64,000 nt of DNA from NCBI GenBank assembly GCA_004764695.1, contig SMSO01000034.1:4340001-4404000 (forward strand). Direction: 5' to 3'. The position numbers and the translations under genes were made by a program. The notes below the pieces were generated by a model, which was given only the letters and a program-made list of their open reading frames with translations, did no database searches and had not been told where the DNA came from. Every line of letters starts with the position of its first letter. Within the stretch, counting starts at the first letter, position 1. Positions 48,701 to 55,804 of the stretch are shown one piece after another. Source of the DNA: Schizochytrium sp. TIO01. Lineage: Eukaryota; Protista; Bigyra: Labyrinthulomycetes.

Positions 48701-48747
48701 ATTGCGTGGGCTTTTTCCACACTCTCCTCGCCCCTCGATTTTGCCAT
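39793..48747 (-). CDS. Divergent unconventional myosin: long disordered N-terminus, motor-like domain, IQ motifs, PH, 2 SAM, 2 RanBP2-type zinc fingers, SH3/KOW-like domain
   Basis: Motor motifs LAAVNP, HIFSLADQA, GMSGSGKS, ILQAFGNA, ERNFHIFYQL, FRVRHYGG and WFVRCFMPN. IQ motifs IQALARRF and IQKYWRGH. Zinc fingers WKCRIC..N...RCEQC and WVCGVC..N....CENC. Confidence 0.88.
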   Translation of the reverse strand: MAKSRGEESVEKAHAIENGEDAGSVSNEESRRRSTKSRKSRKEVNVGGESEHVASRRKPSLPTTAEVLSEIQIVERGEDQSSTARSGKSTSTLSEEHGADTKSIRKSHRKRKSSAKAKDTATASMSDSGEPVPLSRDKKLTSKPMRRASTADSALDGSISKDDVNLGRDSLNTIKRSHSSSDKLSQAALVTGRRASVTVADLSTPLPTGGSLARSSWSETEQGGSLSLDKGAQPEVRQRRRQSTPAAEINISFKNELNSHRRRRASKTSRASESQSGEDVGSEQDGSTRIDGKLASAEDDAIDSDFLGDPKPRQRASSAAARMSHSMSAPQLSDMGRDHLKNNSSQRLESVIEAPIQEEENVANDEDRQSKEFAEWPSKAISSLKEATSPAGSIEESHVIRADQPVVLRMGSAEDEDMDSQDVSDATVSESDYQQSRLEGPNSMRDSSSTSSNKVKRRSSKRRSSSSKGTPSSSLVALSLQSNEIVSKASPSSPSSPMSSPSLEPVPEEGHRLVPNGSVAHSREDEEHRPRRRSERRRSPHRHEIETRNHVDYDESDQHNDILKLDHLQPRSHPASCNDAGALDEVLSPHAQHKVEIIAEEDRINGADVSPASESSRRKIDESNFDLQDKDIEYQGEDEDDEDEADGSIDEYNNGGLTTRRDRSSRRRRRRHSKQSEREFTVGSDEERQLKEKHEVPASAYIEQPPQPTNLVSVITELSVEQQDVGFGFNIMDDGTLELSGLDYDLFKEAVPDIESAISKGNRIIYMGERSFFPLTEDRIIDDDDIREKDAIMEWINTQERPLRVGIERFVPVPSNLQISSGRPSLLAPPRELGVVDSKWVARRRSKLEPEGTYRPPPGPFTPGWDWLMRIKDYPVAEIAHRAWVRPQDSAGWCLATLDECYKTSMRVRCDGATESIVVPLDRALPVHPGHIDVEYVGDDQLSEFDDLNEAVIAFRLRDRFVRRKQVFTWISTNVLAAVNPCHEVSDLFTPKALPVSSYLMSPSAHIFSLADQAFDATVNGDAAVSQSVVLTGMSGSGKSRLGSELVHYLTTSKSALFDKVAFEKQITAAEIILQAFGNASSVRCADTTCYTKNVRLIMRPSSGNSSSGSSSVEPQYAISSVWYEAHMFDVNRLVQKPPLERNFHIFYQLCNGWSEAPVSQNLDLDKPSRYQMLGSDDVTFRRHLKPKDKHSSKFRYTRASAFRATLSALSDIGLDTNVQEDLMRILTALLLLSNVQFEENPEYQEDANSDTETKSAVAKAVVSTVGNSASSLERACHLLGVGHARLSRAFLFRDYHDSDDLASPFNPEGAAEMRNRFIEHVYSNLFDFLLGAINAKLGHNMGRRSPGVEDLCLNVVEYASFVYGIAGEDIDQDFMAPSCGMRGTSADSPATFATSPLLSSEALFQNFANEVLEHLYEDALHRSEQARLPDLCQEVARSKPLRASQQLLSMFVGHPEGVFCLLDEQSLIRGRQSQEDADLVQVLLVVHESKRYLQRAMFGYESFRVRHYGGSFLEYDARGLVSANARPCQVSSVQFLELFHQGVSSVLSLLYKEAQFRAHKEQSETEILNQRAETRTTAQNRREEISALSEILESTNQWFVRCFMPNLSFHPMVWDDAAMVRQFDYAGFRQLCDVRNQLFPTRVCGDDVVVRFWPIARRFEPEIGKHAPDILEVILGPERTRWLSTSDDPHADDAVFYLSLKAQRILECCRWRVRDKAATKLQHEFMKLVEKIEAVVKIQRFVYERILDPAFYRSAALRILNAFRLFRIRNDFLIVRGAAIRIQALARRFLCRSSDVRASTMVLPIQKYWRGHLVRQRMKMATICRNQSCARLTSIQSPIRSSMVLITNSVPGLPKAAKRKRQILVLTNNPGAQLILLDPVTGKRSWEEILVPDITTASIVQGGDSKEITSVQVNTQIGGVLRTLSFCDVLRPEDHNGWASDITNPPTFIDFVLSPLDELAGRFSSSFLTNGQMQLRIDKDGSRSAWKDRFAILHQNILFLYIREEITEQIEIDAETQVKALNVVDQLGHNYLEITVGPGQVHMFRMSDAALRERWAQALAWMIHLKRGSTRLSQLRQESQSKKLRSISFVDHALAVNHIRTSGEFPTPDLISAAALSSSYSLDHSRRYETTGRRLSKILSVPAATSNPLSPTAKIEFDDSKGDNTRPKAEGGLNQQRQQRILAVAKHRKLLEAKARALSSRQTVSLYHIITSEPYAEQFCSNTVKVSKSWSDWYRVSASVQLQMGDEEEAWASFVENAPLKERIVESFQLPLPSTGDRLDGLLLFTNLEAPRRRRRFRNGASAIVSSGSELDGFDAEAFDDDEEDGRLLSELLDKLGLSQYMDGFRSMGFINIRSVKQLTHDELPEFGVKLFAHQDKLIRAFHNYGRVGSALSQPRRPSQRLEDLYESGPRFEDAIIELGLEDWRSKLVERGIFSVEELGSLNKQKLSKLGVGSHHDRKQILEKIKAGGPLLKKFLRPGASRDGHKKSSSKDRNSKKDLKLDALDEHDEDDSENDADSIKANIKPLTSEDDDVADEDKRMFLRRNRYPRPSVANAMAGADRFDELSNNRSETKSASVDDRELLNQELPPRHHRRHRSLDQVNAGSATRLRTRSRSRTMETKDDNFLGPFRNKLRGGLSGGSSSLVEGGDDDDNSIENSTWKCRICQFDGNDPEQTRCEQCGKRSAHNAQYARHESSRGMEDAEPWVCGVCRRVNTSEQIVCENCQTFQGDAYLPVSEAFPPLKFEMGDRVKLTVNNVYDIERNATGMVIEAFLTSPHCQVQFDEGLCAKVSVDHLKKIPPRQGTLGRLNTFFSKLVPHSSSRRFSPFSSPHGMTSSATSPVFSSPLDGITNAAHVRYKEMQKRNATAGRLSLSTGEQGESGTHASDQSFNTTSGIESAHISHVSEGDGTGATASPASLANAVQSYPDSASLPPPPAPLSSQPSESPPSTGTERRGKGSWSSRFGKRRLSEIKLKRSKEGPADP

Positions 48748-50549
48748 GCTCGTCACGAATATAATAAATTTGTCACAGTGCTTTGCACAGCTCTTATTTT
48801 TTCAACTAGCTTTGGTCCTCTCGGGTTAAATACCACAAAGAATCTTTTCACAACACTATTTTTGAAGAAACAAATAATGCCTGGCTTTTAGAACTGACAC
48901 AACGTCTTCACTTGACACAGAATGTTATATTTGAAAAATGAAAACCCAACTCTGCACTAGAAAATATTGCCCAAGACGAAAAGTTCGGCCTTACGAAGCT
49001 AGACTTGGTAGCTTCCCTAGCTTAATCTTCAACCCAAATCCCAACGGACTCTAAGCGTTCGCTTTCACAGGTACCAACTACTAAAATCCTCGCGCGCGAC
49101 AATATATCTATGATATGGAATCGTTGATATATGTGCCTTTTCTCTCCCACGTTCGTAAATATATACGCGCTCACTCCAAGTGGGACTTAGATCAACCTAT
49201 CTGGAGCTGTTTTGACGGGCTAACAGGTTCCAATGCGAGACTACCTTTACGATTTGTCTCGTCTTCGCGTCTTGATCTTCTTCCTCAGCAGGCTAGGTCT
49301 AAAAGGAGGCGGTGCATGCACAACTAAGAAATTTTACCAAGCCGACGAACGAAGGAATTGGCAGAAAAAGTGAATGATTTCGACCCAGCTTTCTTTGAAC
49401 GTAGGCTGAAGAGATATTGCCAGGGCTTTGAAGGCAACGGAATTGGGGCCAGTCCTGCTCCTCCAGGTGCACTAAGCCGGAGTCTGTGGTTCTTGCCACA
49501 GATTTCTTCCGCCTTGCACAAGCCGTAGCAAAGGGATCGGTAAGCTCCCAAAGACCGACCTCGGCAGTGAGAGCGACTCTGGAGACTATGGGGTGAGACG
49601 AAGCAGCTTGAGGGACAGCTGGAAAAAGCTTGTTAGGCGATTCCCTCGCCTACGAGCTTCGAAAGGCGCCGCGCACGGGCCGGCGCGCGATACTTTGCAA
49701 GTGCCTCTTCCGTGTAAATGCTCGCTCGCAAGAGCACGGCCTGGACACCCTTCCGCAAATACATTATTCCTCTATACCCCTAATGGGGGCTTCCCGGGAA
49801 TACAAAACGCTAATACTCAATATATGTATCGGTAGATCCAAATGGAGAGTATATTAGAAGTTAATTTTAGCCGACTGGTCTAGACGTAAAAGCTTCATTG
49901 ACCCAAGGGAAAATGCGTTTTGTAAGGACCCCATAATTACAATATCCCAAATAAAGGTGGATTAGATGAATCCATATGTTGTAAATAGTGGAGAAAGCGG
50001 GAGTTAAGAAGATTGGGAAGTTAGAGAATATGAGGGAGTTTGTGCAGAACTGAATCCGTGGCGCGGAAAAGGTGTGCACCACAGGCGCGGGGCTCCATAT
50101 TTGCTGCACGTGTTGTGAAGAGTGATACGAAAAGACTCGAACTGAGTAGGAGGAGGTGATACACTACAGCGTTTACAGAAAGTGGAGAATGGATGAATAA
50201 AAATTTTGAGGTCTGCATGACGGCCTAGGAAAAGTTGGCATTGTTGGTTCTGAGAATCAATTTTTGGGCGCAAGGTGTAGCTTTTTGTTGAGGATCGATG
50301 CAGCAAGGCTCGCTTTGGAGCATCAGTTGAACCTAGAGCTCAAAGCGAGGCAGCTGGGACGAGGACGACCACCGAGCTGATTTCTCCTCATCGATTCGCT
50401 GAGTTGACTGATAGGCTGACTTGTTGATTAGTTGAGTGCCTGAGTGAGAAGCCAAAGCGGTGACAGTGGTCTGAAGACAGTAAGATATTGACTCTGAAGG
50501 TTGTAGGCATTCCTTTCAGTAGTGGAGAAGGGCAAACGTGAACGTAAAG

Positions 50550-51470
50550 ATGGAGGACAAGTACTTCAAGAGACGCGCAGAATTGCACCAACGTCGACTT
50601 GAGGAGAGACGTGATCGACTGATTGCACCAAGCGCCTTCAACAAAGACACCAAGATTCCGAGGCTGCGTCTGGGACCAGAGTTTGTTAGAACAGAGACGA
50701 ACAATATTCAAGGCCAAACAAACTTTGCTGGAGTAGGAGAAAGCTCCGCAGCCCAAGACCAAAGGGCGCTTTCCTGGAGATCACCACGACTTAAGATTAA
50801 AGAGTGGAATGGAACTAGTGATCTGAAGGGGTGGAAAGCTGAGTTGGACGCATACCAAGCGAATCATGAACGTGAGGTAACTGTATCTGCAAGGCCCCAC
50901 TATACACACCAAAGCAGTATCATGCGCTTGGAATTTGAACGCCATCGCAAGCACGGCCTAGATGGTGCCCCATATGAAGAGGACAGACTTTTACTGCACG
51001 CAACGGGACTCGACAAGACTGTCAATCCTTCATTTGGTCGAATCGCCATTGCTTCGCCGCGACCAGCAAACCACCATTTTCAAGAATCTGAGGACCCAAC
51101 GCTATTAGGAATGAAAGATCCCCTACCTGTGCGAGCTCGAGGTGGGCATGGGCGTCATTTGATCTCAAATGTGAACCCCTTTGGAGGCCCAGAATCAAGT
51201 ACCAACCCTCTTGCTCCCTCTAAACCAAGCCCGCCTCCTCCTCGATGCACATATGACCCTCTGAACCATAAATTTATCTCGGGTACAGCTGATACAAGTA
51301 CTTGCAAGGTAGCATCTACATGCCCTTTCAAAGACCCTATGCATGTCCATGCCCACGTTGATCGTGAAGATGAACGTTTGCCATCTGGACGTCTTCGTGG
51401 CCGATACAAGAGTCATGGATCAAATGTAGCTCGCGGGTCAAGCATTGGAGAAGTTCTTGCTCATAATTAG
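50550..51470 (+). CDS. Hypothetical protein (~306 aa)
   Basis: Long ORF with coding-like composition and ATG at 50550. No family recognised. Confidence 0.65.
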   Translation: MEDKYFKRRAELHQRRLEERRDRLIAPSAFNKDTKIPRLRLGPEFVRTETNNIQGQTNFAGVGESSAAQDQRALSWRSPRLKIKEWNGTSDLKGWKAELDAYQANHEREVTVSARPHYTHQSSIMRLEFERHRKHGLDGAPYEEDRLLLHATGLDKTVNPSFGRIAIASPRPANHHFQESEDPTLLGMKDPLPVRARGGHGRHLISNVNPFGGPESSTNPLAPSKPSPPPPRCTYDPLNHKFISGTADTSTCKVASTCPFKDPMHVHAHVDREDERLPSGRLRGRYKSHGSNVARGSSIGEVLAHN

Positions 51471-51631
51471 CAATAATATAGCAATGATGTAGTTGACCTT
51501 TGCAAACTATTTTTATAAGGCTTGAAGAAAGGAAAGAGAGATTTAACAGATTCTGACCAGTGCTATTGCACTCTACCTTTCGAAGAATAAAATTTTGATT
51601 CCTCTTTTTGTTTTGCTATACATGTTACGTA

Positions 51632-53351
51632 CTAGTGTTTAGGTTTTGTCAAACTAGCGCGACGCCCTGAGTGGGGTTGTTTCAATTCGATTAATTGCAC
51701 ATCTTCCGATTGATCTTCCACCAGCATTCTATCTTCTAATTCCTTCTGCTCTTTCTGCTGTTTGTAGAGATTCTCTACATACTTGAGTTGCTCCTTTTGT
51801 TGCTTAAGTTCAAGATTGATTCGTTCTTGCTTCTTCACTTTAAAGTCAAGCTTAATCTTACGGCTCTTTGCACGTCGCTCTCTCTTTCGCTGCAGCGCTT
51901 CTTGTGCAGCGATCCACTCAGCGCTATCATTGTCAATTTTTGGAAGTAGAGACTCTGCTTTGAGCTGGGAGAACATTTGTTGCCGCCTCGCAACACGCGC
52001 ATCTTTCTTGTTGAGACCATGTTCTAGACGTTTGAACATTGCAGAGTACTCTAGACCTTCATCATGAAGAATTTCTTCGTTTGAAATTTGCCCCTCATTC
52101 CAGTGAGACCGTGCACGGATAGTACACGTTGATACAGCGTCTGCCATGACTTCCTTACAGGTATGGGTAAAGTAGCAGTACTCAACCTCTGTATCTTTCG
52201 GACGAACCTGCAGCTCCTCTGGTGTGGCACCAGGTTGCTTCATGACTCTGTGGTGTTTACGTTGTAACCGAGTATAACACGATGTATCGGCTGCAACCAA
52301 ATAGTCGCGTGGGTAACATGGTGCTTCGATATGATGAAGCAGAGCCCAATCTCCGATCATGGCGAAAAGTTTGCTTTCCTTCAATCGGTCAAATTTCCAT
52401 CGATCAAGAGGGTCAAATGTAAGAAGGCCATTAATGACTTGAAGTACTCCGCTTCCCCGATGACGTTGCTCAATTGCGTCCGCCCACAGAGGCCATCTTA
52501 CTCGTCTATTTGTCAAAATCCGTTTGCAAACAACTTCCTTCATCTTCCGAGACCTCTGTGCCGAAAGGATCGTATCCGTAGACAAGCTGAAACATGAGAA
52601 TGCCAAGAGCCCACCAATCAACCTCATAAGAATGAAGAGACTCGAAATCAACTGAGCCAAATATTTTGTTTCGATATGAGGGAGGTAAAAACTCAGGAGC
52701 ACCACTGCTCAAGTTCAAAGCGCATACCTTGTCTGTTGTTTCGATGGTGTCTTCTCCAAATTTGAATTCCGTTGCATGCCCAAATCCTAAAAGCTTGACA
52801 TGACCGTTCCATGCCAGCCCAACATTTTCAGGAAGCAGGTTGCGGTATATAATGCGTCGGTCATGCATGTGTTGGATTGCAGATGCAATCTCCGCAACAT
52901 AGAAGCGAACACTGTCGGGTCCGAAGATTTTGGGTGGTATTAAACGAGGTATGCTTCGTTGTCGTAGAATACCCAATGTACCTCCGATACAGAATTCCTG
53001 GACAAAATAAACAAAGGAGTGGTGATCAAATACCCTGAAAAGATTTACGATAAATTTGCTTTGAAGATGGAGATGGATGCTAGCTTCTCTGCGAACCTCT
53101 TCAGCAGCTTGATACTTGAACATCCACTTCTTTTTTACTCCACGAAGGACATAGTATCGACCACTCGCTTTAAGTCTCGCAAGGACTACCTGTGATCTTC
53201 GACCTTCGCAAAGGTATTTAATAGAGTCAAAGCTATCAATATTGATAAATCTCGTGGTGAGGACTTTTCCATCACGAACAGGGTTACCTAGCCATGGCGG
53301 AAACTTTCGATCAGGGCTGTCGCGCAGACAATAATTATGCGCCCTCTTCAT
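51632..53351 (-). CDS. AGC/PKA-like pseudokinase with C-terminal coiled coil; +1 frame break near 52540
   Basis: Kinase subdomains FVQEFCIGG, FYVAEIASAIQHMH and VDWWALGILMF in ORF 52506-53351. Subdomains X-XI (KRIL...INGLLTFDPLDRW) continue in ORF 51632-52705. Confidence 0.8.
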
Positions 53352-53916
53352 CCGCCAATCTTGAGTTCAGGCATAGAGAAAGCTTGATGAAGAATTCTAG
53401 TTCTAACCAGTCTTCCTGAGAAAATGTTTCTTGCAATGCTTTTTCATCGTTCACATTCTCCCATTTAACCACCATCAATGTCCTACATTCCAAGTACTTG
53501 CTAACAATTAATATGTAATGTGTGTGCAGTACCTCGTGCTCTTCATTTTATTATTATTATTATTATTTTATTCTTTCTAATTAAAGAAATCTATACTATA
53601 TAGTAGCAAAACTTTTTCTAAATATGTATCTGGTACGCATATGTTTCTTTCTATCCTTCTATAATTCTATCATTTCATTCATTCTTCTCTCTGTATCTTG
53701 CCATCCCCCACTATTGCAATGCTCGATCGCTTGTTATGTCGCTCTTGCCAGTGGCGATAAATTAAATTTTACTCCACAGGTCTTATTTCATTCATTCATT
53801 CTCACATTATAAGAGGACATAGACCCATGTATCCGTTGAAGGTACTTATTCTTTCACTATTAAAATTATATAGCTTTAACAATAGCCGGTCAATTACAAG
53901 CTTAGAAAGTAACTTG

Positions 53917-53934
53917 GCAAGACTTAAGTCTTGC
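53917..53934. promoter_or_regulatory. Perfect 18-bp palindrome GCAAGACTTAAGTCTTGC in a divergent promoter
   Basis: The palindrome is seen directly. A regulatory role is inferred from position only. Confidence 0.3.
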
Positions 53935-54066
53935 AATGGAAACGTGCGCTAATTGGCGCTGTAGCTCAACCATTGTGTGAGTGAAAGAGGCCCTGGCGCT
54001 CGAGCAGCGGCCAGAGTCTCGAGTTTGTTCGCTTTGGGAGGGCGTAGCACGGACTCGTCTAGCACC

Positions 54067-55407
54067 ATGGATTCCAGTCCCATGTACAAGTTTGCGGCAA
54101 GTCCTCAGGCCGTGGATGCCAAGCGGAGGTCACTGTACCGAAAATCGAAGGATGCCGCTGCCTCCGTGAGAATGGCCAAAGATGGTCGTGTGTCAGCTTC
54201 GGCGAGGCTTTCAAATTCGGACTCCAGCGAAGAGCAGCGCATTGCTCATTCAAGAATTCCATGGAGCGATATCGCAAGGCAAAAGCAAGATGAGGAAACT
54301 CGACAAGTTTTAAAGCAAGCAGGCCGAGGTCCTATTGACATCACTGGAAATCTTGTGGAACAGGTGGACCCCATACAGACTATGGCCATGGAAACTCAAA
54401 CTGACGATTTTGTGAAGCGTCCAGAATCACCACCATATGTACCCCGAAAAACTGGTGTCGATGTGGGTACGCAGATCGAGGATCAAACTGAGCTGTTCGA
54501 CTTTGATCGCGAAGTAGAACCAATTCTGAGCATTATCGTCACGAAAACCCTCGAGCAAAGCCTCTTGGAGGTTCGCCAGGAAGAGGAAATTGCCCAGCTG
54601 GCCCAGGCCAAGGAATACCACAACACAGAGCGTGCGCGACTGCGTTCAGAGCAAATTGAGCGTGAGAGGCTCGAAATGAAACGATGGGCCGAGAAAGAGG
54701 CCTTGAAAAGAAGAGAAGCAGATCGCCTTGCCAGGGAACTCGTCCTTTGCGAGAAAGCTGCTGCTTGCAGATTTATCCAGACAGCCGTCACAGAAAACCT
54801 TGAAAAGACTGCATTTAGACACCTTGAACTATCTGGCCACTTTCGAGACGAACTTCGCGATGAAATTGATTCGATCTTCCTGCCTTTTCTTGAGGAGGCT
54901 GTTGCGACACTCACGGACAAGCGCGTCATGTGCGCGGAGCTTACTGCTGGAATTGTGCAGCGTGCAATACGCATTCGGCGCGAGCGTGCTCTGGCTTATC
55001 GTCAGGCAATTCAAGAGCGTAAACAGGCTGAAGAACAAGCAAGGGTTGAGGCACGTGAAAGGGCAAAATCACAGCGCATTCGGATTTTTCTGCGTGGAGA
55101 AGACGTTCTGGGCGAGGAAGGTATGTTGGGTCCCATCGAGCTTTGTTTGGGAGACACTATTGCAGCCGCTGAGCGTGCAATTCAAACATGGATTGATGAG
55201 AATGTACAAAGTGAGGTCACGCCACCAGACGGTGGTTACCTCCAGCTTGCACTTGAGCTTTCCAACTGTACATTTGATCCGACTGACGAAGAAAACACCC
55301 TGGAGTTCCTTACATTCCTCGATGATTGTATGCTTGCCAATGAAGATGAGGAAAATGATGCCACGTCTAGCAATAACGTCGAACCTAATAATGAGGACGA
55401 TGAGTAA
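54067..55407 (+). CDS. RSP3: Flagellar radial spoke protein 3
   Basis: TQTDDFVKRPESPPYVPRKTGVDVGTQIED..ELFDFDREVEPILSIIVTKTLEQSLLEVRQEEE is the RSP3 signature. Likely ATG at 54067. Confidence 0.9.
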   Translation: MDSSPMYKFAASPQAVDAKRRSLYRKSKDAAASVRMAKDGRVSASARLSNSDSSEEQRIAHSRIPWSDIARQKQDEETRQVLKQAGRGPIDITGNLVEQVDPIQTMAMETQTDDFVKRPESPPYVPRKTGVDVGTQIEDQTELFDFDREVEPILSIIVTKTLEQSLLEVRQEEEIAQLAQAKEYHNTERARLRSEQIERERLEMKRWAEKEALKRREADRLARELVLCEKAAACRFIQTAVTENLEKTAFRHLELSGHFRDELRDEIDSIFLPFLEEAVATLTDKRVMCAELTAGIVQRAIRIRRERALAYRQAIQERKQAEEQARVEARERAKSQRIRIFLRGEDVLGEEGMLGPIELCLGDTIAAAERAIQTWIDENVQSEVTPPDGGYLQLALELSNCTFDPTDEENTLEFLTFLDDCMLANEDEENDATSSNNVEPNNEDDE

Positions 55408-55804
55408 AGTATTTTGTTCTTTTTTAGTTTATGATGTTTGACTAGTTTATTGTCGACTAGCTTGGGATTCTACATGGAATTCTTGAGAACTCTTTATAGC
55501 TTGCCCATAAATTCAATTGCTATGGATTTTCTATTCAAAGCTGGCCATCAATAGAAGAAAAGAAATAAGTATATTGTAATCACATACTGCGCAGGTCATT
55601 ATCAAAATAGGTAATCAAAACAAAAGGAAGTAAAGTTCTTGAAGTTCTTGTTGATCTCAGGTTCTTGGTTTACTTTCGAAATTATAAAGACTGAGCGGCA
55701 TACAATCGACAGTAAGGTCCTATTGTTGCTCACTAGCTGTATTATGTTTGAGATGTATGAAGCATTTTAAATGTGCACCTTCATGATTTGAGAACACCAA
55801 CAAT

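Noticed and set aside
53930-53943. X-box-like CTTGCAATGGAAAC upstream of RSP3
   Set aside because: Imperfect match, and RFX factors are not expected in the inferred lineage.
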